Origin: Perna viridis
Lineage: Eukaryota
Length of the DNA stretch: 64,000 nucleotides
Assembly: GCA_037379345.1 (NCBI GenBank)
Contig: CM074516.1
Coordinates: forward strand, 18,476,001 to 18,540,000
Reading direction: 5' to 3'
The number at the start of each line of letters is the position of its first letter. The first letter of the stretch is position 1. A program made the position numbers and the translations under genes. Of the stretch, positions 13,076-25,209 are shown one piece after another. Under the pieces are notes generated by a model. The model did no database searches. It had not been told where the DNA came from and saw only the letters and a program-made list of their open reading frames with translations.

Positions 13076-16000
13076 ACAAACCAATTACCTTTATATATTA
13101 AAGATATTCTTGGGGAATATCCAATAAGATTTTTAAAAATTCCATCTGATACAAAGACATGGTAACTAGAGTGATTAAATGGTTTTGGCCACAAAATGAA
13201 TTTATATATATAACATATCAAAAAACCAAACCCTTTTGAAAAGAAATAGAATTGAAGGTTCCCGAAACAAAAGTCGCTACAACGACACAATATATATTAA
13301 ATAAATGCTATTATTGAAACTTTTTGAAACACAACTGTTTCATAGAAGATATACAGATAAATGTAACTGGTGTGTGAAGGTCATATTTTAAAAGTATCTG
13401 TACCTGTACACCATGTGATTAATATATCATTGCGTAAACTATACAAATGGTACTTAATATAGCTCAAAAGTTCATATTTGAATCTCTGAATTTACATATG
13501 TTTGATATATTTACAAATGAGTACACTGTTGATTTAATGCCATATATGTGTTTTTGGTCGCTAAATTATTGGTTCACATCTAAAATTATTTATTAAATTA
13601 CTATCGACACTACAAGAATACGGCTATGGACTCTAATGATAATCATTAAAGCATTTTTTAAACACAAAAAAATTGCTGAGCAGAAATATAATTGATATAA
13701 ACGCGATTGGGCTCCATGGTAGCACTTCATCTGAATTATAGCACGGGTGACGATAAACAAAATATGGCCGAAAAGTATGTTAAAGTGAGACAATACAAAA
13801 AATTGGAAATGTTTTGATTTGTTGAATCCTTTGCTTGTTAATGGATTGATGCAAGTTACATCAACATTTAAAATATAAAACAGGGGCCACTTTTCGATTT
13901 GTCACAACATTACTTATCAAAATTGAAAAACTCGGTTATACAAATTTCCCCATTTTTCCTATTCTGATGATTTTATCTTATAGTGGACTATGATCTACCT
14001 ACATATTTGGTGCCAATTCAGCTCATGAGAGGTTTCTGCTTAAAACACGTATACAACATACCTTGACAATAAATAAAATTGTTCCATTCCTCCCTTTTCT
14101 GTGTATAAATATAAATGTAATATTTTACAACTCAAAAGGCGTTGTGGTTATTATACTTTTATTTAGCCCTCTCTTAACAGAACATATCGAGGGGAACGTC
14201 TGATGGGTTTCAATAAGACCGATAACTCTTATCAGAATGTCGTGTTATTCGAATCCATTGAAAATATTATTTGAAGGTGTTCTGTACGAAGTAACAAATG
14301 AATTACTACACTGACGGATGAATACGAACATTATACGCATCACTTTGGACATTGACGTAAATATAATATGAACAAAAAAAACGTAAAAATATCGAAACAT
14401 ATTTTTTAAATATTTTGCAATATTTTTACTTTTTATTCATATTCATTTCTTTTTTTTTAATTCCTTATTACATTTTTAAACGTTGATATTGTTCACTTAT
14501 TCATTATTCTTATCTAGGTTTAATTTGAACAACTTCTCAACACATATATTTTTAGTATTGAAACTAAAAATTCTTAAACATTGGTGCTGCACTCTTTATA
14601 TCGAACGTAAAATAGCTTCTCTGTGGTCGTTGAGGCTTTCTATTTCGATATGCTTACGTACGTTTAATATTTAATTTATTTTGTCGGCTTATTTATTATA
14701 TATACATATGAAGTTGCACCTTACACTGAAGTAAGAAGAAAGAGATTTATCCTTGAAACTTGTGTATATCATGACGAATTTGCAATATTGAAAGAATTTG
14801 TACTTTTGTATCTATTACACTAACAAAAACTCATTTATGTTTCTCACAATTAAGAATGATAACTAACCTAATTCTAATTATTTTTTTTATTTACTCCCAA
14901 ATCATAATTTTGAAAGGTAAGGACTTTAATAAATTAAATGCCCATTTTTTTATACCAACAATACATACCACTATTTAGTGGAAAAAAATATCATGTCATT
15001 AATATGTCTCGCAATTATGGGGCTTGGTAACCGTATATCATAGTGAATGTAAGTAGAAGAATCTAAAATGTTTGAGATTCCAAGAGATTAATCTGATAAC
15101 CTAAAATATATTTAGGTCGTTGTAAAAATTTTATGCATATATAAACGGGATATTCTATATGAATAAGTTTGTTTATTATTCCATTGTATAAACTGATCAT
15201 TCAGTGAAGTGAGAAGTTTGAAAGTTCACTGGAACTTTGATATATTCGGTTATTTTTCCTTTAATATAGACTAATATTTTGTATAATGTGCAGTGATTAG
15301 CAAACATGTATTGTATACTTCCATTATCTGGTATTTGTTAATATATAAAACAAATCTCAGTCAAATGCACAAAATATGTAAGAGATTGTTAAAGATAATC
15401 TAAACGACTTGGTTTCCATGCATCATTAAGAGGTTTTCGTTTTTTTTTGTATTAATCATGTGTCCAATCACTGTATCATTTTGGTAAACAAAAATAGCAT
15501 TGTCTTATCCAGTAGATATTTATACACCATGAATCACCTTACCTTAGACAGTGTCTGAATTTTATATGGACTGATACTTAAAACATATTAAATAATGATG
15601 TAAAGGGAATTTAAAATGTGTTTGGTTTGGACATGTTTTGCAATAGTTAGGGTCAGGTTTAGACAGTTTTTACTGATCATACAAAAAGTACACTTTTGGC
15701 CTTCCTCCAATGAAAAATAACCTTCCCAATGACCTATTTGATATCCAAACCTTCGGCAATGTGCATCAAGTTGAAATCGTATGTTTTGAACTTTGTATGC
15801 TATGCCCTTTCAATAATAAAAAATAAACGATAAAATTAATAACTGGACAAATATGGCAAGCAGGTCCAATGACAGATTGGGTAAATTTTATTTATTTTAT
15901 TATGCATCACATCAGAAATAAAAGAGGTCATTAGTATGTATCTGGTTTTAAATGCTGACGTTCAGTAAACATATTAATTAACTTTTTTATTTCTTTCCTT

Positions 16001-17008
16001 CGAATATGTAAAGTAGAATGTGTGCATATTGGATATAACGAGAGTGGATATGGTGAGTGTTTCTTCGGGAAAACAACCCCACCGGGATGGAAAATGTCTG
16101 CTCAAGGCTACACATGGGTTTACGAGGAAACCTTCAAAGCACAGAGCAAGCTAGCTAGCCTAAAATATATACAGCCACAGCGAATAGTTTTCTTTGTATA
16201 CTACAGTAACATGAAAGTAAACTTATTGAAAGAGGAAACAAAATAAGTCATACAGAGGTCAGAATTTTCACTTGAGACAGGCGCAAAATTGTGGCGCGGT
16301 TAAGTACTTGATGTTATCACAACTATCCCCTGTTAAATCTGGTCACTGTGGGGAAAATATTACACAATTGAATACATCAATAAATCAGTACAAAAAAGTC
16401 TTTGTCCCTTTTTTTTAAAAACAGAGAATACAAGAAGAGTATTATACATTACCCAAATGCATGAAGTGTATTTTTAGCTGTCCTGTAATTTAGACAGAAA
16501 ACTGCATCATTCTTCAAATAAATTATTCTAATGTGAATAGAATGGCATTTTAGTTATTAATATATAACTAATCGGGAACCTTTTCAATATATTCTTTTTC
16601 TATTAGTATTGTAATACAAATCAATTGTTTTTAGTCATAAAATGTTTACGGTAAGTGGTTCAGACGTGTTTTAACGAATTCAGAATACACTTTATACAGG
16701 TTTCACTGTGCTACTGCGTGGCCTTTAAAACTCAATTACGTATCAAACAGGTTAAGTAAGTAGTAAACATTAACATAAATTCATATTGTATTTGTATGTT
16801 AATTGTTTACAATTAAAAAAATATGTTGTATATGCCTGAAACGGCCGATGATCTGTTTCATAAATTATTCTATTCTATTTTATTCTATTTTTCAAAATTT
16901 GTTATCATCTATACAAACTTCACACTATTATAAAATAAGCAAATATGAAAGTATGAATAAGCCTGAATTGCCACACTCATAAATTACAAAAACAAACTTT
17001 GAAGTAGC

Positions 17009-17181
17009 AAGAGTAATCAAGGGAACCAAGGTTATAGCGGTAATCAAAAGAATGTAATCCAGGGACAATAACCAGACATGGAAAACAGACATACACAACA
17101 AAAAACATAAAGTAACTAAAATCATACATACAAAGTAACAAAATTAAATGAGCAACTCAGACTCCACTAAAAACTGGGAGC
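17009..17181 (-). mobile_element. Naiad 3' end fragment
   Basis: AAGAGTAATCAAGGGAACCAAGG...CTCCACTAAAAACTGGGAGC. Confidence 0.85.
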
Positions 17182-17762
17182 AATACAGTACATTCATATG
17201 ACAATCCAGTCTAGTTGAATTGTTGGGTTGATGAGTAAATGAAACAATAAGCTATCAATAATGGAGATATGCTCTTTATACTACCGAAGGAAGAGACCGA
17301 TTTCTGTGAGTCTCAATTCCTCTGACACCATACAAGGTCGAATATATTTGTGATATGAGGTATAAATGTAGTGTTGTGTACTTCCTTAATTTGTCTTTGA
17401 AACAATCTTTTTTTCTACGGAAACGCGCCTTTTTGAGAAAGTATCCAAATTTAAGGATAGTCATTGATGCGTGTGTCATAATACGCTTCCGCGCATGCTC
17501 AATCGACAAACTGCCCGGATATTGTGTACATGTGTTACAAGAGTATTGTAAGTTCATTGTTTTCCTTAATTAAAAGATATCCATCATTTTTCCGCGGTGT
17601 AAAACTGTCCAGACATGGATGTCGTAGAAAGTTCGAAATAAGCCTTCCTTCTTTAATGTGTAAAAAAACACCTACACTTCCTGTTTGCCTACTTACAATA
17701 TTTTTAAACATTTAGGGTTAATGACGAAATTTTCCGTATTATTTTTTTCTCAAGCAGTATTA

Positions 17763-18053
17763 GGGGACCGACCATTTAACTTCAAAAGGGGCCTTGGTTT
17801 TCTTTTAGGCCCAGGAAAGAAGATCATGCGCCAGCACAGGAAATATGTGTGTATTATTGGAACGCCTCATAGCGACTTATTATACTTTTTTTTATTGTAA
17901 CATGGGTGCATCTGGGGTTTTTTTTTTGTATTTCCATTTTATATTTTTTATCCCTTTCCTACCAAGATATTTTTTTTCTCCAAAGTCTTGATCAAAAATT
18001 GTTTTTCCAAAAAAAAACATGCCCCCTCCCCTTGAATTTAAATGATCCGTCCC
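17763..18053. mobile_element. PIF/Harbinger-type MITE
   Basis: Imperfect ~28-bp TIRs GGGGACCGACCATTTAACTTCAA / TTGAATTTAAATGATCCGTCCC, flanked by TTA on both sides. Confidence 0.7.
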
Positions 18054-19224
18054 TTACTACATATTACAGGATCTTGAAAATTGTGTTTGCATCTTCAGTA
18101 TGGGTCACATGTCGTGGGATAGGATACTCATTTTGTTTGGATTCGTTAATTAGTACTGTGTCCACACTTTGGTCAATTGACCGTGTTTTCGCGGGCATCC
18201 TCTAATATATCATAATATGAATGTCTATTATAATTGGCATATTGCTTCGTGTCTACGAATAGAATGAAAAAGTAAACGTAAGACTCTTTAACAGTAATTA
18301 GGATTAAAAATTGCATTATAATCATAATGATTTCTTCGAGTTTTGATATTCATTCTTTTCATGGATATAAAGAAAAAAGACTTCTAAAAATATTTTATTG
18401 CATTGGTGCATGGTTTTGACATTCTTAGATAAAAAAAACATGTATATGGAGTAGGCAATTTTATCGTTGCATCAACATGTAAGGGTAAGCATTCAGTTAC
18501 TGCATTATTAGTGCTAGTTTCTGTCTACTATTTATCATAATATGTTATATTTCGTTCGTATTTTTAAAGTTACCGGGATAACGAATTTATAAATGGATTG
18601 TTTCTCTTAATATTATACCGTATGATATGATATTGTTTTCGTTATACGTTCCTTTTCATTTGATTCTGTCTTTCGAACTTTACAAAATTATAAACCCACT
18701 GAAATTTATGGATGGATTTATATTTTATGATACAAGCGAGTTCCAGTACACGAGCTATAATTATCAAAGTACTAAATTTAAGTATCACTCGAAAGAGATC
18801 CACAGTTCAAATAAGCATTAAAGATAGTTTTGTCCGGTATTCATGTCGGTCTAGGTCATTACATCATTAAACGATGAAGTATGCAAATTGGTGGGTGTGG
18901 CATGTATAAGGTATCAACAAATTGGTATGGATTGAAATTTTAATGGAACATCGGATGATTCAAAGTACAGTTTCTCGATCACCGTCTGTATATGTGTTAT
19001 ATATATTTGGTCTTCCACATCTCAACTCTAGTGGTGCGTGAGGATGATTACTGAGTTAATGATATACTGGTTGCAGGGCCTCACATTAAACATAAAGTTC
19101 GGGTATTTCTTGGCAAAATGTGCTGAAGATAAACTAACTGTAATCTACAATAAAAATTGTCATGATGATAGAAGTTATATCATTTCAACTAATTTAATTT
19201 CATGTGCAATGGTTAGTACATAAC

Positions 19225-19520
19225 TCAGTTGACCTATGCCTTGTTGATTCCTTGACAGAGTTTATGCCATTGGAAAACTTCCTCCATCTCACTTGGTTTT
19301 TGGCGTGCTGAGTCATGGTGTTTCAACTTTATCCATTTGTTTTCATTTCAACCTCAACTATATTTCGAAGTCCTCTTTTTCTTTCTTCCTGAGTCAACGG
19401 AAGAGCCTGTCTTGCTGTATTTACTGTGTTCCTTCAAAGATGGTGTCCGATCCACGTTCACCTTCTCTTCTTTATCTGCATTGAAGGTGGTAGCTGAGGT
19501 GTAAATTACCAGAGATCCTG
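19225..19520 (-). mobile_element. RTE LINE 3' end remnant
   Basis: Broken minus-strand frames give IKKRR..WIGH..ARQAL..RKKRG..EMKTNG..VRWR, the usual RTE ORF C-terminus. Confidence 0.65.
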
Positions 19521-19630
19521 GTTAAGACTTTCTGATTAAACAAGTTCATTTAAACCACTTGTAAGGATTGTTTACTTTTCAAAAATGTGTATTTCTACAA
19601 AGTAAAAAGGAATAAATGACTTTTAAAATG

Positions 19631-20152
19631 GCCCCGTGCAAGTGTTAAAAGAATAGGCCTGCAGCAGCACTAAGGGTGTCGTAAAAGGCGACTAAATAGT
19701 GCTCAGAAACCTAGCCGGGGGCTAGGCGCTCTGCCCACTGAGCAACTGGGATGTGTGCCCCAGGTAGTGGAATGGGGTACCCCTGGCGTGTTACATGTTG
19801 GGGTTGTCAGGCTATAATACGGGAGACCTGACCGCAAACCATAGTGGTACACTGTGTTGGGAAAGATGCCACGTTCCTCGCACGTTAAAGAACCCTACTG
19901 TGGTATTCTCCCGGAGTAGGAACCATAGGGCTCCCCCACAGGAGGCTAAATTGCCCGACCCTACCCACCTCTCCCTATTTCCAGTGGCAATCAAAATTTG
20001 TCGACCCCATTGTCCTTGTGTCCATTCCCTTTTTCATTTCATCATCATTTCATGTTCATTTTATCATCAATTTCATGTTCATCGTCTGAACTGAATATAG
20101 CTGAAATGTTGCTGCTCGGACGTTAAACCATAACAAACAAACAAACAAACAA
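19631..20152 (+). mobile_element. ~520-nt structured SINE-like retroposon, full length
   Basis: Starts GCCCCGTGC and ends GGACGTTAAACC + (CAAA)n; 12-bp TSD ACTTTTAAAATG (19619-19630 / 20153-20164). Confidence 0.92.
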
Positions 20153-21044
20153 ACTTTTAAAATGCAAATCATTTTTTTACAAAATAAAGGATTTGCGAAT
20201 AGATTGGGGAATGAAAAATCAGATGCACATAGAATGTTACCACAAATGAATGGAAAATTGTCAATTTGAATTGAAAACTCTAAAACTGGTCGTACTTTCA
20301 GATCGATATATTTTGACCAACTGTTATAACATGAATCACTGAATTTGGGATCGTTCAATGATCATTTTTTTTAAAACTCTTAACTGGAGAAGTGAATAAC
20401 AAACCTACAGTAGCTTTTTTCTCGTCTATGTGTATAATTTTTTTTTTCATTAATGCTTTAATAAGCACAATAACAGCAAACATATATTTAAAGAGCTCTT
20501 TTAATCGTCTTGACAAATTTACAATACAAACCTTAAATTATACTTTGTTCATGTATTTCTATGTCTTCGATCTTTGATACTTTTGTATAATACTTTCAAA
20601 TTTCACAAGAAAAGTTTTATTTTTACTTTTGACCCTAGGCCGCTCCTTCAAAACTATTTATTGTAACATGTATATTGTATTATATAAATTTGCAAAACAA
20701 AACAAAAACTCATCTTGTAAGTATTATGTGCGTCACATAACCGTAGAAATATTTCGTTTGAAATAAGCACAAGCACACACAAATATCGATAACATATACG
20801 TAGCAATATGTATCAATAGTGACATTGACGGGAATCTACCTTAACTTATTTCTAATCCTTACTTTGTTATTAGTCTTTATAATGATTGGTTTCATACTTA
20901 ATAAAAATAATAATTATGCAGGGCTTTCCTACATTTAAAAAATTAACCTTTATATACTTTTAAAGAGCATAACGCCACACACTGCAAAGTTGTTTAATTT
21001 CAGAAGTAGCGTGCTTTATGATTTGCTTGTTAAATTTTGATTGT

Positions 21045-21565
21045 TTGTTGTTTGTTGTTTGTTGAGGTTTAACGTCCGAGCAGCAATATTTCAGCTATAT
21101 TCAGACGATGAACATGAAATTGATGATAATATGAACATGAAATGATGATGAAATGAAAAAGGAATGGGACACAAGGACAATGGGGTCGACAAATTTTGAT
21201 TGCCACTGAAAATAGGGAGAGGTGGGTAGGGTCGGGCAATTTAGCCTCCTGTGGCGGAGCCCTATGGTTCCTACTCCAGGAGAATACCACAGTAGGGTTC
21301 TTTAACGTGCGAGGAACGTGGCATCTTTCCCAACACGGTGCACCACTATGGTTTGCGGTCAGGTTTTCCGTATTATAGCCCGACAACCCCAGCATGTTAG
21401 AAGCCAGGGGTACCCCATTCCACCACCTGGGGCACACATCCCAGTTGCTCTGTGGGCAGAGCGCCTAGCCCCCGGCTAGGTTTCTGAGCACTATTTAGTC
21501 GCCTTATACGACAAGCTTAGCGCTGCTGCAGGCCTATTCTTTTAACACCCGGACCTGCACGGGGC
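21045..21565 (-). mobile_element. Same SINE-like family, full length, inverted relative to the 19631 copy
   Basis: 16-bp TSD GTTAAATTTTGATTGT (21029-21044 / 21566-21581); same 5' start GCCCCGTGC. Confidence 0.92.
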
Positions 21566-22259
21566 GTTAAATTTTGATTGTAAACTTTAATCTTAAGGCA
21601 TCACTCGGTGTCTTTTTTCGTAATAAAGTTTATCATGTTCATCACGTGAGTCTTTGATCTCATAACTCCCAATCAAAAGCAAGGTAATTGGTTATTGGGG
21701 TAGAAAAGACAATCCTTTCAATGAAAACATCAGATTGTGTAAACGTCATAATAAAAAAAATATGATGATTCTTCAATACAAATTCTATACTGAATAAAAA
21801 CTCTGTGATTCTGAAGTAGCGAACTAAATAAAATCGGACTTCAGTATTAAATGCTTCCAACCAATTATAGTCTAGAAAAAAAGAATTGCGAAAAAGACTT
21901 ACAGGTCCCCTTCCTACCGCTGCAATGATACACTTTAATAATAATTACGTTATGTTTATATGTTTTCGAAATTGTATCAGAAAATATCATTGCAGTCATT
22001 CTTATGAGATCAAATAAATAGTTCTTACTGAATGATCTCGATGTGTAATAATTCCAATTGTAAACGACTGGCATACTATTATTTTGAGAAAAAATGATAA
22101 CCCTTTGCAAAGTATTTAGGCAGATATTAAACTGGCATGGCATTTTTTCCTCTAATTTTCGACAAACATGCACCGGTATATTATCTCTAGCAACGGCAAT
22201 AAAAGTTCGAACCATAGGATATAAACAATGCCCAGGCTTATTATCAATTTTTTTTTCAG

Positions 22260-22627
22260 GCTCCCTTGTTGCATTTAAGGTACTTGTTGAAAAACAAGTT
22301 TCGAATCTTTTTGATAATCAAGACATACATTTTTTACTAATTTCAACAAACATAATGTACTAGACTGACCAACAAGTATCTTAGGTTTCCAGATGGTGGC
22401 TACTACTTCGTCATAAGTTCATGGCGTATCCTGGAATTCAAGTTGAAGCAAAATTTCTCAATGACGACAATAATCTCAGTATACAGATGTCGGATCGTCT
22501 TCATGTGTTTCTTTCTACTGCAATATGTCAATGCTGGAGGTAACATTTCGGTTACTGTACACGACGATTCAAATATTGACTAAAATGATGTTAACCATTA
22601 TTCAACCTTACTTCGTTTCAAACCTGA
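22260..22627 (+). pseudogene. C1q-domain pseudogene exon, paralogue of 51822-52222
   Basis: Collinear similarity to the intact exon (SLVAFKVLVEKQVSNLFDNQDIHFL; ggctactacttc; gttactgtacacgacgat; ccattattcaac) with several indels and stops; same TTTTTCAG acceptor context. Confidence 0.85.
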
Positions 22628-24659
22628 AATTATATTCCGATTGAGATGCTTTGTGATATAAAGGTTATGATGAGGAAATAATACAAATAGAGAGACTTAC
22701 TATTGCTTGCAAATTTACATGGCCAAACTAAATATGACAAAAAAACCACAGAAGTTTCAAGTTGTGAAAATACAACCTTTTACCACAAAGTTGGAAAATA
22801 ACTGGAACATGTATTCATAATTCCTTTGGATAAAAATCCTTGTATTTTGTCAGTGTTTCAAGAGAGAGAAAACATATTAAGAACGAAGAACATAATTTTG
22901 GATTTGTGAAGGACGCATCATATCGGTCGCCATTTGACTCAATGGGACTAATAAGTTTCATTTCAAGAATCGTTTGTAGATATATTTATACGCCATGTGG
23001 TGTCGCACTATATTTGGATAAATGTAAGGAAGGGGTGTTCGGCAGAGGTTAGCCTGTCATCAATATACCATTTCAGGCTGTAGAAATCATTGTGGTTGAC
23101 TTTGGATGGGTCCGTTGTCTCAATCATTACTTCTTTGTTTACATTTATTTTAGTATACACAAAAATAGGAACTTGTGGCTGTATACATGAAAGAAGTAAG
23201 TAGTAAGGCGTTTCATTTTGTTATCATTTAATTTGATCCAAACATGTCAAGATGATAACCTCAATCTTCGGAATTATACGTCGAAAATCTTAAATTGACA
23301 ATACTGACAAAAACTAGATATTTTCTGTAGCTTTTGGACTATCTTTGACGATCGGTGCCATTTAAAATAGCATCAATGACAAATATACCGGCAGTTGTAT
23401 TCACAATATAAATATTTCAAAATGTTTAAAATGCTAAAATAAGCAGAAAATTATATGTGACTCTACATAGAATCCTTGTTCATAAGAGATAAAACATAGA
23501 TGGAATGCACAGATGAATTGAAAACTAAGGGGGGTAACACTGTAAATGACACTAAAATACAACAGAAACTATTAGATTTTCAATGTGAACTAACCCCTGA
23601 GAGCAGACAGACTGAGTGAATAATTACACATTTTATCGTATAGACCTATAAAGCAAATTAAAAACGAAAATAAAAATGCGTTGCTTTTTATTTTGGATGT
23701 ATCGCATTTTACATAATTTGCATGATTCTTACAAAGACTGCTGCTTAAAGTTAAAAACATATTGTAATTGATACCAACAACTGGGCCAATATGCATTCTT
23801 TCCTGACACTACCCCCTTCATAAAACACACGCACACATACATAAAAAAATATAGAGTCGAGCATCCTCTGTATCACGTCATTTGTTCTTGATAGCATATT
23901 TAGAATTAGAAGACTTTATTAATAACAGACAAGAGGTGATTTATTCATGCCAAAATATCATCAAACTAACTTTTGTTTCTTGTTCGAAAACCTTTTCTAA
24001 TCACATAACCAGTCTAAGTTTTTATTGTTTATTTTATTAGATAACAAATTATATAGATTGTACATGTAATTTGCACTTTGCAAATGGTTATAGCTTTTGG
24101 TTTGGCTTCATTGGTTGGTTTTCGTGGGACTTTTCAGCAATACAGATCTTAGTGTAGAAAGGATTATTGTTATGTAAAAAAAGGATATGCGGAATAAAAA
24201 AGCAACGTTTGTTCGAAAGGTTTTCCATGAAATACCTCTACCATTGGCAGCGTCTGACTGGTACTCAAAAACTGGATTCAATTCGACGCAATTGCTATGT
24301 TGAACATTTGCCAGATCATCAGATAACTATTGCATCAATTAAAGTACATTGAATACTATCAGAAAAAGGACAAAATATCTTAATTATCAGTCTCTGTAAG
24401 AATTAGGCTGTAGTTGAATGTGGAATATAAAAAAAACATCATTTTTAAAGTTTGATTTGACTATTTGTACCATTCGAATCAAGGAATAAAGACAAGATTT
24501 TCCATTTTTGTAAACTGAGCTATAATTTCATTAAAATGCACTGACAAAGAACATTTCAAGGGTAGATAACTGTCAGAAACATCAATTTGTTTTTCTAATC
24601 TCTGTTTACATATTCTGGGCACATCAAGTGATCAAGAGATCAAATAATGATCTTTTCAA

Positions 24660-25209
24660 ATTACATTCTTTTGATTACCGCTAGAACCTTGGTTCCCTTG
24701 ATTACTCTTTCAAATAGAGCAAGAATCAGCGAGTCATATTATACTGTCAGATCGATGGATATTTGACATACATGTTTATGATTTTTCCCATTTTACCTGA
24801 TCTTACACTCAGTTCGAACTTTGTTGGAATATCTGTTTGCCTGAATCATTGCTAAGGACGGTTTTATTATGATAAAATCCGACAGTGATTGAAACATTTC
24901 CTTAGAGAAAAGTTTAATGCATGACATATTCAATCAAACAATATCGGAGTGATTGAGTGGTATTGTGATTTTCACCTTTTTCCTAAATATTGAAACATTT
25001 CTTTTAAGGACGCTTACCCCACCGGTGCACCTGGTCCATGCTCTCAGTTTTTAGTGGAGTCCAAGTTGCTCAATTGCTTTTGTTACTTTGTATGTATGAT
25101 TTTAGTTACTTTATGTTCTTTGTGTATGTCTGTTTTCAATGTCTGGTCTTTGTCCCTGGATTACATTCTTTTGATTACCGCTATAACCTTGGTTCCCTTG
25201 ATTACTCTT
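24660..25209 (+). mobile_element. Two tandem Naiad 3' end fragments (24660-24709, 25008-25209)
   Basis: Both end in CCCTTGATTACTCTT. Confidence 0.82.

Larger units (their letters stand above)
100..13420. repeat. Tandem segmental duplication: ~100-4780 vs ~10450-13420
   Basis: Collinear matches across introns and intergenic DNA, e.g. tagtaaccggttgattttt (~163 / ~10536), ttaggcaaagtgactcata (941 / 10991), gccaactcat (~4207 / 12761). Confidence 0.9.

Noticed and set aside
17276-17715. Overlapping ORFs, possible ankyrin/STAND gene remnant
   Set aside because: Only a faint motif (*ACAEAYYD) in a stop-ridden frame; not enough to call.
19860-19995. Complete canonical HDV-like ribozyme in the SINE middle
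   Set aside because: L3-like and J4/2-like pieces exist, but P1 and P1.1 could not be placed in the required order; kept only as a hypothesis.
19795-21437. ORFs inside the SINE and Naiad UTR copies (19795, 21069, 48137, 4795, 47788, 25038)
   Set aside because: Frames and stops differ between copies; these are chance ORFs in GC-richer repeats.
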